From Antechinus flavipes (Eukaryota), in NCBI RefSeq assembly GCF_016432865.1, contig NC_067403.1, positions 250,666,001 through 250,730,000 on the forward strand: DNA of 64,000 nt, given 5' to 3'. This document shows positions 35,618-49,460 of the stretch, one piece after another. The notes under the pieces are model-generated. The model did no database searches, was not told where the DNA came from, and saw only the letters and a program-made list of their open reading frames with translations. The translations under genes were made by a program, and so were the position numbers. Every line of letters starts with the position of its first letter. The first letter of the stretch is position 1.

Positions 35618-36098
35618 AAGGCCAGAGAATCTGTGGTTAATAAGGATGAGATTATAGATGTAGCTCTGCAGTAACTTCAGGAACCATTTCTTCAAAGGAC
35701 ATTGGGCAGTATATTTTCATTCTCATAAGGTTCATCACATATTTCAGCAAATCTAATAGCCTCACATTGGACAGTATCAGAACCCTTTGCCTCTGAAGAT
35801 CCAAATGAAAATTGAACCAATACAGTGAAGACAGAGGTAATCTTTGGATACTGTCTATCACCTTTTATTTGGTAAAGAAAAATAATCAATACAAACTTTG
35901 GCAAAGAGAAATGCCACAACTCTTCACTCAGGTATTTATTTTTCTTTGCTATTTTATTTCTGAATGGCCAATTGGTTTAATTAATAAAATGGGTCTTAGA
36001 AGTCTTGGGCTTGAAATCTGCCTATGGAATTATTCTTTACAGACTCATTATGGAATGACAGACTTAATTTAAGGAAAATGCAATTTAAATCCTTCTTC

Positions 36099-36436
36099 TA
36101 TTGGTTCTCAAAGTATGGTCCAATGAATCCCGTAATTCAGTTTGAAAGTTCCCTCCAGGACTCCAGCAGTTCTTCAGTATGGAGCTTTAAGGAACTTCTG
36201 CCCATTCAATAGACATATTACGTAGGTCCCACATTTCTCAAGAAGCTGAAACAGATATTGATTGGTAGCCTTTCAGAGGATCTACAACTTATCTACAATA
36301 AGTTTTTATTTTTAATATGGCAACTATCCATAAACATAATCCACATAAAACTCTTTGGACATATTTTCAACAAATTTTAATATTATAAAGGGATATTGAG
36401 AACAACCACAAAAAAAAAAAAGTTTGAGAACCACTG
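36099..36436 (+). mobile_element. hAT (Charlie1-like) non-autonomous DNA transposon relic
   Basis: TIRs tattggttctcaaagtatggtcc ... aaagtttgagaaccactg and subterminal taagtttttatttttaatatgg...ccacataaaactctttgg. No 8-bp TSD; interrupted by a 125-bp insertion. Confidence 0.75.
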
Positions 36437-37850
36437 CATAGCAGCTGTATCCATCTTTCTGATTTTAAAAGATCCTATTGAAATAAACTTCCTGTTCTTT
36501 TCCCTTCTTTGTCTCTCTTCATTCCAGTCTATCCTTCATTCAGTTATTATTGTGGTCTTGCCAAAGCACAGATCTGACTATTATGTACTATTTAATAAGC
36601 TTTATGAAATAATCCCTCACATATATCCCTTTTAGAAGGCCAAAAATGTATAGGATTTTCCCTTCCAGAGCTCCTAAATTCCTAATTTCATTCTACTATT
36701 GTACTATTTCATTATACTATTACTTGTATGTGTTCCTGTGTGTGTGTGTGTGTGTGTGTGTGTATACATATATATAAATTATTAATTAATAATTAAAGGA
36801 TTAATAACAGGATATCATTTAACTGCTCTGCACTTTAATTTCTCATGCATAACATGGATATGATACTTGAAACATCTCACAGAGTTTAAGCTAAGAATAT
36901 GATATTTGTAGAAATATTTTGCGAAAGAATATTATTAATAACTACAAGTAATAATTAATTAATTATTTGTTATTATTTTTGTTGTATTCCATATAAACAG
37001 ACACCACCTATAGTTCAGGTAACTTCAGGTGTACAGAGTGGGTTAAACAGTATGAATTAAATGGGATAAGATCTACTCTTACCTTATGGGTAAGTACACT
37101 GTGAATGAGTTCCTTTGGATAAAGTGTTTTGAAAAGTCTAACTTTTTATGAATGCATTTTATGCAAATAAAATAACTGCTATTATATTATCATTATAATC
37201 ATTATTATCACTATCATTCAGGAAGCATAAAATTAGCTAGAGAAATAACCCTGTCTGAATGATTGGATTCAAACCCAGACTATGAGGGAAACTGTTTGTT
37301 GTGCCACTCCTAAAATCACTTTACTTTGCAAAACTTGAGAAAATTAAGACTATTATTAGTTGATACTACTGAAGTTGAAGAAGAGATTTTCTTTCCTAGT
37401 ATTTTCCAAATTTGACAAAATCACAAATATCATTAAATATTATTATAAAGAAATACATATAGCATATCAAGTTTCTATCCATCCATCCATCTATCTATCT
37501 GAACAATAAGACAATGATTTCCATCCTCAGTGATAAGGGACAGTCAAAAGTTCTCTCTTTTTTAATGCATTGGACTTTTGACTCTCTGATTGGAACATAT
37601 ATATCTCCTGTCAGTAAAAATCATATGCTCCAAAATTAGGGGGAAATAAATAAAATAAGCCAAGCTGTTAAGGTAAGATAGGAAAAAGTGTATTATAGCA
37701 GTAATGTGGTCATTTATGTTACTTAAAAAAGTTAATATGATCAAATTGATTAAATTAATGTCAGGATGATGAATGAATGTGATAGCAATATTGTAAATCT
37801 ATTAGAAACAAAAGTCTTTACAGCAAATCGTTAGAGATTACTAGTAGACC

Positions 37851-38030
37851 NNNNNNNNNNNNNNNNNNNNNNNNNNNNNNNNNNNNNNNNNNNNNNNNNN
37901 NNNNNNNNNNNNNNNNNNNNNNNNNNNNNNNNNNNNNNNNNNNNNNNNNNNNNNNNNNNNNNNNNNNNNNNNNNNNNNNNNNNNNNNNNNNNNNNNNNNN
38001 NNNNNNNNNNNNNNNNNNNNNNNNNNNNNN
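37851..38030. other. Assembly gap (180 N)
   Basis: Run of N between the OR3 promoter motif and the OR3 CDS; true size unknown. Confidence 1.
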
Positions 38031-39011
38031 TACTATAATAAATATATAAATAAGCTCCTTAAAGTTTGCAAAGGTTTTTTTTTTTGCATGCTTTTCCTAG
38101 TCCCCATCCTAATAATTCTCAAGAGAAAAGTTAAAAGATTTAAATCTTTTTACTAATTAGGGCTATATTTTTGAGCAGCTCAAAGGGAAAGCTTGCTACA
38201 TTTGCTTTCTGAAGATCTGGCATTACAAAGTGGTTTTGCAACACATTATCTGTACCAACCCAAGATAATGTGATATCTCTTTAAGCTGCCTTTTAATTAA
38301 AGGAGTTGGACCTATGACCTCTAAAATCCCATGCAACTCTGAGTCAATAATCTTGTGATTCAATTTGAAAGTTCCCTCCAAATGATGTCTTCCAGGACTC
38401 CAGTTCTTCAGTTATGGAGCTTTAAGGAACTTCTGCCCATTCAATAGACATAATGGGAAGGTCCCATCTTTCTAAGAGGCTGAAATAGACAACAGAGCTT
38501 TGACACCCTAAAGAATGGAAATGCAGATGTGCATGGAATAGTGTCAAGGTGCCTGAAATCAGATCAACGAAAACTAAAGTTGTAGTCAGCACAGTGTGTC
38601 TGACAATACAAAGTAATCAAATTGTCTGTCATCCATCTAGCCAGTCATCTATGATCTACCTGTATCTATGTATGCAAATAGATGTTTTATATCAGGTTAT
38701 GCTAGTATCTTGCAAAAAAGAATCAGTCTTGGGATTGTAGGGTGTGTGTGTATGCATATGGCAGGTCAGGAGCAGAGGTCCTATTAAGTCAATTCAAGAA
38801 GGCCTAATTTGCAAAGTGAGATGTATATTTTCACTTTATGAACTGAATGGGATTGCAGGAGAATGGTCACATCATGAGCTTTTTAAAATGGTCTGATTGC
38901 CTCTCTAACCTGATGAGTAAAATAGATTGAAATTCATGACTTTTCTATGTAATAAAGTGCTTCTGTTCTCTCTTTCTAAAATTTGGTAACCTCTACCCAT
39001 ATTGTTACAGG

Positions 39012-40001
39012 ATGAATTACGGGACCCCAGAAGACATGAGCAATTGTACCATCATCATGGAATTCTTCCTTATGGAGTATTCCAGCATCCGAGAGCTGCA
39101 GGTCTTGCACGCTATTCTTTTTTTGGTCATATACGTTGCAGCCCTGCTGGGGAATCTCCTCACTGTCAGTGCCATTGTCACCGACCCACACCTTCACTCT
39201 CCAATGTATTTTTTTCTGAGCAACCTTTCCCTGTTGGATCTTGGTTGCATCTCAGTCACTCTTCCCAAATTCATTGTGAATTCTCTGACAGGCAATCGAG
39301 CCATTTCTCTCCTGGGTTGTGCTGCTCAGGTTTTCTTCCTTATCTTCTTTGTTGCAACAGAAATTTTTTTGCTTGTGGCGATGTCCTATGACCGCTTTGT
39401 GGCCATTTCCCACCCTTTACACTATGGAGTCACCATGACACCATTCCGCTGTCTTTGGGCGGCAATTGGTTCATGGCTCAGTGGGCTCATCTATTCAGCT
39501 GCACACACAGGGAACATGTTCCGTCTGCCTTTCTCAGGATCCAATGTGATCCATCAGTTTTTTTGTGACATCCCTCATGTCTTGAAGGTCTCATCTCCTG
39601 AGGTTCGTAATACTGAGTATATACTCCTTGCCACCAGTTCCATTTTAATTTTATTCTGCTTTGTTTTTTTAATCATATCCTATACTTATATCTTCTCCAC
39701 TGTATTTAAAATGCCCTCTGTGGAGGGGCGTCACAAAGCTTTGTCTACATGTTCACCTCAACTGATTATCTTTCTCTTATTCCTTCTTGCTGGCATGTTC
39801 AGTGTTTTTGGTCATGCTTCAGACACTTCCTCGGTGCAGAATCTTTTGATTTCAATGACTTACACAATTTTGCCTCCATTTATGAATCCTATTATTTATA
39901 GTCTGAGAAATATGCAAATCAAGGTTGCACTGGCCAGGATAATCAAAACTACCTTTTTTCCCAAGAAGGAAATGTCTGTCTTTGAAACAATTAAAAAGTA
40001 A
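39012..40001 (+). CDS. Olfactory receptor, OR14-like (OR3, 329 aa)
   Basis: Intact ORF with NCT sequon, LHSPMYFFLSNLS, MSYDRFVAISHPLHY, KALSTC and PPFMNPIIYSLRN. Note AIC to AIS in the post-DRY motif. Confidence 0.95.
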   Translation: MNYGTPEDMSNCTIIMEFFLMEYSSIRELQVLHAILFLVIYVAALLGNLLTVSAIVTDPHLHSPMYFFLSNLSLLDLGCISVTLPKFIVNSLTGNRAISLLGCAAQVFFLIFFVATEIFLLVAMSYDRFVAISHPLHYGVTMTPFRCLWAAIGSWLSGLIYSAAHTGNMFRLPFSGSNVIHQFFCDIPHVLKVSSPEVRNTEYILLATSSILILFCFVFLIISYTYIFSTVFKMPSVEGRHKALSTCSPQLIIFLLFLLAGMFSVFGHASDTSSVQNLLISMTYTILPPFMNPIIYSLRNMQIKVALARIIKTTFFPKKEMSVFETIKK

Positions 40002-42499
40002 GAGAATGTATGACTCAGGTCTTGCATGCCCAAGTAATGATACAACTACCCTAAAAATGACATCAGTAGTTTAATGTGTTGTTTTAATGTGTTGTCTACA
40101 AATAAAAACTAAAACACCAATATATATACTGGACAGTTTTTCCATTTAATATCTACTGAGCCAGATTCTTTTGGTGATATCTTAGCATTTACCTTTAGCC
40201 TCTCTATCTGACCAATCAGGTTTGGATGAAGATGTTTCAGTGACTCACAGTGTATGTTGAAGGGCTGAAGGAGAGTAAATAGGAAATCTTCTGGGCACTG
40301 ATGACTAAAATTCAGCAGTGAAAATTAGCAGTAATGTGAAATGTGGTGTAGGTTTGAGATAAACATGGACAAATGTTTTCCAATGCCTTTGCCTTCAAGA
40401 GCAAGAGGGAGAAGAACATGAGAAGTGGTGAGTTTATTTACAAAATAAGTTTGATAAACAGGTCACTCAACTATCTAGTCAGTCTAAAGGTACTGAATAT
40501 AGAGTGAAACAGATTTTTTGTATATTAAGAACAATTAATCAAATTAGACCAATTAATTAAAAGAAAACAATTAATAAGGTACAGCCATGATACAAATTAA
40601 GTCATTTGATCTCTAATTGTAGAAAAGTTTACAAACTTCCAAGCTAGTGGGGTTAGAGAACAAACAGATGCAGTTCCTTAGAATCAGAAAAGGATATGTC
40701 TCATTCCCCCCATGAAACTATATTCAATCAAAGGAATTGATTGATCAATAAGGGGCCAGTTTTCAATTAAGATCTAGAGGTTGCTTAAGATACATAATTG
40801 TGAGAGAACTCCTTGTCTCAGTCTTCAGATCTGATAGGCTTTCTGGTCAATATAATACAGTTCTATAGTTAAGATTTCTAAGGGTCAGAGAGAAGTGGTC
40901 CACCTTCTCAACCATGGGGCTAGGTTCTAACAAAGCAATAAAGTTTTCTCAGGATTCCCATAATTTAAAAAAGTTTTGTCACAAGATAGAAATTTGATTA
41001 GAACCATAATTGAGTAGAACTGGGTTCTACTCCAGAACTGGGTTAACTCCAAAATTATCACAAGATGAAATCCATATTGTTTATTCAATTCCTATACTAA
41101 TAATGTGACCATTGAACATTATTTTGACTTTGCAAGGGAAGAGTTAGAGCATCTGATTAGGAAGGAGAAATTTTAGCTACACATATCTCTCTATACCTCT
41201 ATCTATACATACACACACACATATATATGTTTATGTTTACATGAATGTGAAATCCAACATCAAAACACCTATTTATTCAAATACAAATGTGTTTATATGA
41301 TTATATATATATGATTTATATATACACAATTATATACATATAAATTTACATGCACCCATATCTATATCTATATCTATATATAGCATAGCTGTTTAGATCT
41401 CTGTGTATATACATACATAGATGTGTTTATATAGCTTCTACCATATGCTAAGTACTGTGCTAAGTAATTTTAACAAATATTATCTTATTTCAAATTTATA
41501 CTAATCCTAGAAGGTAGATGCTATCATTATTTACATTTTACAGTTGAAGAAACTGAGGAAATAGAAATAAAATGATTTAGCTAGGATTATCCATCTAGTA
41601 AGTGTAACTTGAGCTCTAGTGATCCTAACTCTAGGCCCAGAAATCTATCCACAATGCTACCAAATGCCTCATATATACCAATGCTCCTAAACCTATGTCT
41701 ATATATAGTTCTATCTATATGGATATATATATTCATATATATGTATTTTTACACATATATAGATACATATATATGCACAGGTAGAAGTAGTTATAGACAT
41801 GCATATATATAATACCTTATCTATATATAGAAATGTGTATATGTATATAATCTCATATATTAGATACATAATCATATAGTTTTAAATATTTATATTGAAA
41901 TAGCATTTTATGTCCCTTTTCATTTACTTCAGTACAATTAAAATATTTTATTTATGCTTTAAAAAATCTTATTTATATCTGACAACTTATCTTACCCCTC
42001 TCCCCCAATATGCAAATAGAAGCCTTTCTTGTAACAAATGTGGATAGCCAAACAAAAGTGCAAATGATGGGCCTGTCCTGAATTCTTATCCCACTTTCTT
42101 GCTCTCTAGCCCCTCACCTATTTCTGATCTTTTCTCCATCCTCAGTCTTCTGAAGTTACTACTGATTGCTATCTTGATCAGAGTTACAAAGCCTTTAAAA
42201 CTTGCTTTCTCAATGTTATTATGGTTGTGATGTAAATAGTTTTGTGATTTTTTTAAATGTCCCACTTCAGAAGTTCATACTTCTCAGTATATGTCACTAA
42301 ATCTGTCATACTCTTCATTTCATATGGCACAAAATATTCCATCCTAAGCCCCAACTGGTAGACCCCTATTTTGTTTCTTGCTCATTTCTGTAAACAAAAA
42401 GGAAAGCCTCATTCCACTATAGAGCACATCCATATAAATAAAATTGGATAACAGTCAAAATAAATAGAGAGCAGAAAAAAAGACAAACACTAAAAATAG

Positions 42500-43300
42500 A
42501 CTCTAATTACAATCCTCAATTAAAGATCGCACTGATCTCTGGTCTGCAGAGATAGTCAGAGGTCTAGCGAGAGGAAGAGGCCTGAAGTCATGATTTCTCA
42601 GGAATTGACTGAGGAAGAGATTTCAGGGCTACCACAAAATAAATCTGTTCTTTCTTTAATCATAATTTGCTAACTTAGAGGATGATTTCCTACTCAGCAA
42701 TGATGCAGTCAGGTTGACTATGTCCTCCTTGATGGGCTGCTTTCCCTGCTTAAATCCAACCTCATGACTGCTCTTGTAATATTTTGCCTCTCCCTGCTCT
42801 CCCATAGCTCTGAACTATGGTTCATAGGATAATTCCTAACAACCAATTTTAACAATCTTTCTCCAGGGTGACTTTAACCTTCTCTGGATCACATTGCTCA
42901 CAAAGACTTCTTCTTTCCTATGTGTCTTACATGGACCTTGTAAATTTTTTTTTTAAAGAATAATCATAGTAATCCTACTCTAGCCAAAATATGGCTAGTT
43001 ATTCTCCATTAAATATTAAATATTGGTTTCTCTGTTGTAAAGATTAAACTGTTTTCTCTGTTATCAAAAATGCTCATTCAGTTCTACTGCAAGTTAAATT
43101 TGTATCTCATTGAATCTTAGTTAGTACAAACCCAATTATGTGATCTTTTCCCAATCTTTGCTCCCACTATTATTGATTCTTGTAATGGCTTTCCTTTATA
43201 GTTTTTACCACTTATACTTCAAGGCCAAGTTTTTAAAAATATCTATTTTCCAAAGCCAAATTCAAATTATGATCTTCTACCAGACTTTCATAATATTTCC
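42500..43300 (+). mobile_element. Ancient L2/CR1-type LINE endonuclease relic
   Basis: ggtgactttaacctt (GDFNL) in degenerate pyrimidine-rich sequence; no long ORF. Confidence 0.4.
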
Positions 43301-44289
43301 CTTCTTAATCAGATAGTAGCTCTTTTTTCTCTGACACAGGCCATATTTTCAGAGGCAATGTGATATAAGGGTTTAGAGCCTGAAATCATGAGTTCAAATT
43401 GCATTTCTGTTATTTATGTGGTCATGAATGCAAAAGTCATTTTGAGTCAAAGAATCAGCTTTCAACTCTGTAAAATGAGACTAATAATAATTAAACTTCT
43501 GTCTCCTGGTACTGGGGGAAGGGAAATGTTCTACAAATATGAAGTCAAAGTAAAAGGTTAGTTATTATCCTTCTTGCACTTTTTATTTTAGGCAATAGGC
43601 ATTTATTAAGCCCTACTATGTGCCAGGAACAGTGCTAAGCGCTAGGGATTAAAAAAAAGAGGCTCTCCATTGTCCCTGTCTCCAAAGAGATTACATTCTA
43701 AACGAGGAGACAGGAAGCAAATATATATGTATATGGATATGTGTACATATATGTATATATGAGAAAGTTATTTATAAATAAGAAGTCATTTACATGAGTA
43801 AAATTATCTACTCAACTCATATACATGGCAAACAGTATGAGGAAGGCATCATATATGGTTTATTCTTGTACTTTCAGGGGCCAAAATTACTTGAATCATT
43901 TAATGGAAATAAGTGACTCTTCTTTCAAGTGCTCTTGCTCTGGAACCACCTCTAACATGTATTTCCCATTAACTATATATCAATATATTCATGCTTACAC
44001 ACACATTGTGGGCAGGAAGATAATTTGAAGAGACACACTTTCCAAAGAAGTAGTTGTGGAATAACTCAACTCTTCCTTGATTTACTTAATTCATCCCATG
44101 AATCTATCTGCTGGTATGTTCTGCTCTGAGACTGTGGTTTTTTGTGAAAGAAGTGATTTATATTAAAATATTATATTAAATTAAATTCCTATTTAATTAG
44201 GCAAATTGGGAGCATAGTGGGTAGAGCTCTGGTAGGAATTAGGAAATTGTGGACTGGCTGAGATATTAGCTAGGAAGCCCTGGGCAAGG

Positions 44290-44617
44290 CATTTAATGCT
44301 TTTCATCCTCATTTTCAATGATTTTCATTCTCATTTTCTTCATCTTCAAAACAGTAATAATAATGCTATCTACTTCACAGAATTGGTTTAAGAATGAAGT
44401 GAGTTGTCATATATGTAAATAAATATATAAATGTTAACTTTTATTATGAATATTAGTACTGTTCATTTAATGTTTTTCATCCTCATTTTCTTCATCTTCA
44501 CAATACAGTAATAATGCTATCTACTTCACAGGGTTGTCTTAAAAATGAAATAAGTTGCATATATGTAAATAAATATGTAAATGTTAACTTTTTATTATTA
44601 ATATTAGCCACTGTTCA
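44290..44617 (+). repeat. Tandem duplication of a MIR 3' half (44290-44463 and 44464-44617)
   Basis: catttaatg...ctatctacttcacag...aaatgttaactttttattat...ctgttca is present twice. Confidence 0.9.
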
Positions 44618-45309
44618 CTCAATAACTATTTTTACTACAGGGAAAGCACTGAGATAGAATAGATGGGGGATAGAAAGTTTTAAAAGCCACCTGGTTTGGG
44701 AGCCTGAGGGGCCAGGCCCTGTCACAGATGATCACACTTTCTGACCTTGTTACCTTGCCCAGGCCCTGATCTGATGCAATTTCTGGCAATCCATAATCAC
44801 CAGAGAAGCCTGCTTGTTGACAAGAGTACAATCCTGGGAGCTCCCTCCTCCCTGCAACTCCAGTCTCATTCTCAGGAGGGGTCAATGGATGTTATGGTCT
44901 TCTCACAACTTGTGAAATTAGCCAAATCCCAGGAGATAAGAAGTATATTTGGAAGCATATTTCCGAGCAAGCAAATGTTCTACTTATTGCTAAAGACCCA
45001 GGTGCAGAGCCCCGGGGCAAGGCAGGTTTTCCAAGCAATTCATTCTCTGATTGAGGTCCCTGTATCTGATGAGAGCCTAAGGGACAGGGAATCTGGCCTC
45101 CTGCCTATGCCCACTAAGAGTGACAGTGAGAATGAACTTTTAAGTTCTAAGTTTTGAGCCTTGGAAAAATAACGTATTTCTTCCACTAATCTAAATCTTT
45201 GGACCAAAGAAATTATTTTGAAATTTAAGAGGGATAAATATAAAAGATCACATTTTAAGTTTTATAAACAGTCATTCTCAAGGACATGAGAGAAAAATTA
45301 TGGTTAAAC

Positions 45310-45560
45310 AGATACATATCAAGAAAAAAAATCAGGAGATTTTATTGGACCACAAGTTGAATATGAGTCAGTGGTGCGATATAGCAATGAAAAAACTAAT
45401 AATAATAAGGATATTAGTCCTATTGCAAACTGCCCTCTTTAGAAGACCTCTATAATTCAAAGTTAATTTTCATTTTAAGAAGGACTTTGTCATCATGGAA
45501 AGTTTTTAGGAATAGAGTAACCACTTTGAAGAAGAGCTTCAGGCCCCAGACATAACACAT
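45310..45560 (+). mobile_element. L3/CR1 3' fragment
   Basis: ggaccacaagttgaatatgagtcagtggtgcgat and cattttaagaaggac are typical L3 RT-end sequence. Confidence 0.7.
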
Positions 45561-48194
45561 GAGAACTTATTGAAAAAAATTTAACTTTGAAAAGAGATTT
45601 TGGGATTTCAAGGGGACCTCAAAATGTTAGGGATTCAGATGAATGTTGTGAGCTATCAGGCGTAGACCTATCTCCAAGTCAATTAAATTAAATGATGTCA
45701 GCAAAAAACCAGGAGCAAGAAGATAAATTTGTAGGGAATAATTAGAGAAACCAGGTACTTCATGTTACTGATATACCAATTTATGGCCATTGAAGAGTGA
45801 TCTGGTTCTGCCTTTGTGCACAAGTGCAGGGCCCATAATTCTCTGGGTAGGGCTGGGAGAATCTTCCAGATGTGTTTTTAGGCCAGAAATGTCTCTACGT
45901 TAAATGGTGGGCATCCAATTTTGTCTGTGCCCACCTTAAGTACCTCATTATTGTTGCTCATTTGTCTCAGAAACCCTCTTATCACTGACCAACAGACTGT
46001 TATCTGACAGCCAGCAACCATTTGGGCTCAGTATGTTGGCCATATAAAGTAAATTGAGGTAAGATAGCCTAAGGGAAGCCCAGTGCCATAGAAAAGATCA
46101 CCAAGAATCTCCATTTGTTGCCCAACATCAGCCTGGGGTGTTACCTCTTCAGTAACTCCCTACATGGTGGCTCTAGCTACAGAGAACTCCTTGAGGTAGC
46201 TGTCCCCACTGGTCAGATCTTGTGTAATTATATCTGTGACAGGCAGCTAAGTCAGTGATTTTCCTCAAGGAACAACACTTTCCAGGCTCCACTTTCCATG
46301 GTGCTGACCAGCATCTTAGGCTCTCTAATTTCACACAGGCAATTTCTACAAGTAAACCTCATTCAAATCCTCCTAATTACTTAAATAATTCAGTGAATAG
46401 AGTGCTAGGCTCAAAGTGCTGAGTTCAAATGTGGGCTTGGACATTTACTACCTAAGTGATCCTGACTTGGTCTGCCTCAGTTTTCTAAACTGTAAAATAG
46501 AGATTGTTATAAAGAGTAGATGAGATAATAGTTGTACAACCCTTAGCACAATGACTGATACACAGTAGATGCTTAATGCTTTATAAATAAAAGGATAAAT
46601 AATGTGGCAGCTCCCCAGGCCAGTTAATTATTTAGTTAACTGTTTTTGTTTTTTTTTTAGATCATGAATGTCAAACTCTATTTAAAAAAGAAAAATAATT
46701 TCCCATAAGGATCTCTGCTGTCTTGTTAATCCTGGTCAAGTTAATCCTCACATTGATACAGGAAACCATATATTAACAATATTGATGTCCTACTGTAATT
46801 TTATTGATTTCAGTTTATTTTTCTCATTTAAACTTCCCAAACAGGTCAATTAAACCATCTGAGGTCTATAGGGATACAGTAGATAAATCACTGGACTTGG
46901 ACTCTGGTAAGAACAAATCTCAAATCCTTTCACCTTAATGTGGGACTTGGTACGAATCAAATTTGTTTCAGCCTTGATTTTCTCTGTGGTAAATGGGAAT
47001 AATTATAAGACCTACTTCACAGAGCTACTGTGAGAATCAGCTGAGATTAACATATATAAAGTACTATATAAATGTTGTCTAGTATTGTCATTTACATGAA
47101 TATTTTGTGTATTTGAAATCATTGGAGGAAATTGCCTCTTGCCAATGGGTCAGTGTGTATTTCAGGGAGGCCCCCAGCACATTCTTGCCTGAACCCTCCC
47201 TTTCATTTTAATTGTCACTGTGACTCTCAAAGCTTTCCACTGTATTTTCAAAATGCCTTTTAATTATATACAGAAAAAGTCTTGGAGCTGGTGAAGCACA
47301 AACTCTCCTAAGATCTACCCCCCCCAAAAAAAGGACTTTGAGCAGAATACTATCAATAGATTAAACTTGCTGTCTCTGGCATAGCCCCAGCTAAATTCTG
47401 AGAGGTTTATTCCTGTCAGATTCATCTTCAGGTGATAAATTATTTAATGATGAAGCCACTTCAGTAATTCAATATTTTAATGGCTTTGTTATCTGCCTCA
47501 CTTTCCGTATCTATAAAATAGTAAAAATAATAGCAAGATGTGTCATAGTTATTGTGAAAATGAAATGAAATGTAAAGGCTTTTTACAAATCATAGAGTCA
47601 CATAAATATTACCTGTCTTTACACTATAAGAATGAGGGACTATCCCACAGACACACAATTAGCAAAAATTAGAAGTTGGACTTGAATGTAGCTCTTCTTA
47701 GTTCTGACACCATTTCTCTATTTATTACTTCATGATATCTCATATATCATTCTATATTCAGAATATTTAATGGGAACTAAGACATCAAAAAGATTAATAT
47801 AAATAGCAAGTAAAAATAATAATAATATATTATTGCTATGCTCATTTTGCAGAAGGATGACCTGAGGGAGACAAAGTTTAAGTATCACAAAGAGGCCAGG
47901 GCCACAAAGCTAGTAACATGTCTGCCATTGGATTTGAAAACACATTTTCCTGATTTCAGGCTCAGTACCCTGTTCACTGTGTTCTAATCAGTTTTTCCTG
48001 TTGCTAAGTAAAAGAAATGCACATAGGCCTTGAGCTTCCTAAAACATGACATTGATTTTTCAGTCCCATCCAGCAATTATGCAAAAGTTTTTTCCTAAAA
48101 TTCTTTTATGATATTCTCTTCTTCCTATTAGGCAACTATTCTTAAAATCTTTTTTTCATAGTTTAACAATAACAGGTCTTAAATTTTCTATTTG

Positions 48195-48790
48195 GAAATC
48201 TTTTTCTTTTTTAATTTTTTAAATTTTATTTTTAATTTATGGAATAAAACAACCATTTTAGTAACAGAGTACAATAAAAAGATGATTGTGTATGAAACCC
48301 CAAATCTACTATGCACAACTTGCTATTCCTTTCAAATATACAAAAAACTATCAAGTAAATTTCTTTTTTTTTCTTTCCTCCACCCCAGCTTAAAGATGGC
48401 ACACATATACAGCCACATAGACACACATGTGTGTGTATCCTTTATAGTCAATTTGACTATTTTTTAAATTATTTGTTTAAATTTGTGTATTTTTAATAGA
48501 CAAAATGACTCAACTGTTCAAAGTCATTCTTAAAACAACATTGTTGTTACTATTATATAATGTAATCTTGCTTCTGCTCATTTTATCTTCATTTGTTTTT
48601 GAGCATGTGTTTTCTAAAATGATTGAACCCATCATTTCTCAGAGCGTAGTGGTATATTTCACAATCATATATCACAATTGGTTCAGCCATTCTCCAATTG
48701 ATGGGCATTCCTGCAATTTTCAGTTCTTTGCCACCACAAGGATGGCTGCTATAAACTTTTGAGAACATAAAGATTCTTTTCTATTTTCCC
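48195..48790 (-). mobile_element. Marsupial L1 3' end, antisense
   Basis: Poly-T head, then ggttcagccattctccaattgatgggcattcc...ctttgccaccacaag...gctgctataaac. Confidence 0.8.
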
Positions 48791-49244
48791 TTTAGTAACT
48801 TGAAGTGGAATTGATATCATCCAGTTTGTTTTTTTTTTCTCAAATTTGAAAGCCCAAAATCTCCAAAGTGGTTGTAGAACCTCTCCTTCCTCCTGAGCTT
48901 TCCCCAAGTCTTGCCTTTGACTCCTGTAGGCACAAACCATTTGATCTATTACAATAAAAATAATTGAGTCCAAGTAAGACTTGGGTTACACAAATATACA
49001 AATATGTTTATGTGTTAAATATGTAAATATACACACACTCATTTCACTGTGTGTATTACATTTGTATAACACACAAAGGGTTTAAATGAATTATGTACCT
49101 TTTTACTTACACAGTTTTTCATATTCCTTTACTTCTTAAGGAGTATGTTTTTCTTGAGCATAGTGACATAAACCTCTGCCCAAAGTCAAGGATCCTTAAT
49201 ATCCTTAATTCTTCCACATCCTGCTATTGTTAAGTTGTTTTCAG

Positions 49245-49460
49245 CCATGACATAGTTGACATAGTAAATAGAGTGCTGGGCTTGGAGTCAGGAAGACTCA
49301 TCTTGATGACACTTCCTAGCTGTGTGACACTGGACAAATCGCTTCTTCCTCTTTGCCTCAGTTTCCTTATCTGCAAAATTACCCAAAGAAGGAAATGGCA
49401 AAGTACCATAGTATGTTTGCCAAGAAAACCCCAACTGGGGTCATGAAGTCACTCAACCCT
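49245..49460 (+). mobile_element. Mar1-type CORE-SINE
   Basis: atagagtgctgggcttggagtcaggaagactcatc...gaaggaaatggcaaa...tttgccaagaaaacccca. Confidence 0.82.

Larger units (their letters stand above)
34869..36735. repeat. About 300-bp inverted repeat: arms 34869-35170 and 36434-36735
   Basis: The reverse complement of the left arm aligns to the right arm with few mismatches (roughly 90% or more by eye); spacer about 1.26 kb. Confidence 0.95.

Noticed and set aside
39002-39391. His/Cys-rich alternative-frame ORFs overlapping OR3, OR4 (52065-52313) and OR5 (59288-59473), and ORFs overlapping OR1/OR2
   Set aside because: They are shifted-frame shadows of the conserved OR codons, with lengths and starts differing among paralogs; there is no independent evidence.
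44619-45157. 136-aa and 88-aa ORFs in a GC-richer stretch
   Set aside because: No recognisable domain, a non-ATG start for the longer ORF, and no splice or paralog support.
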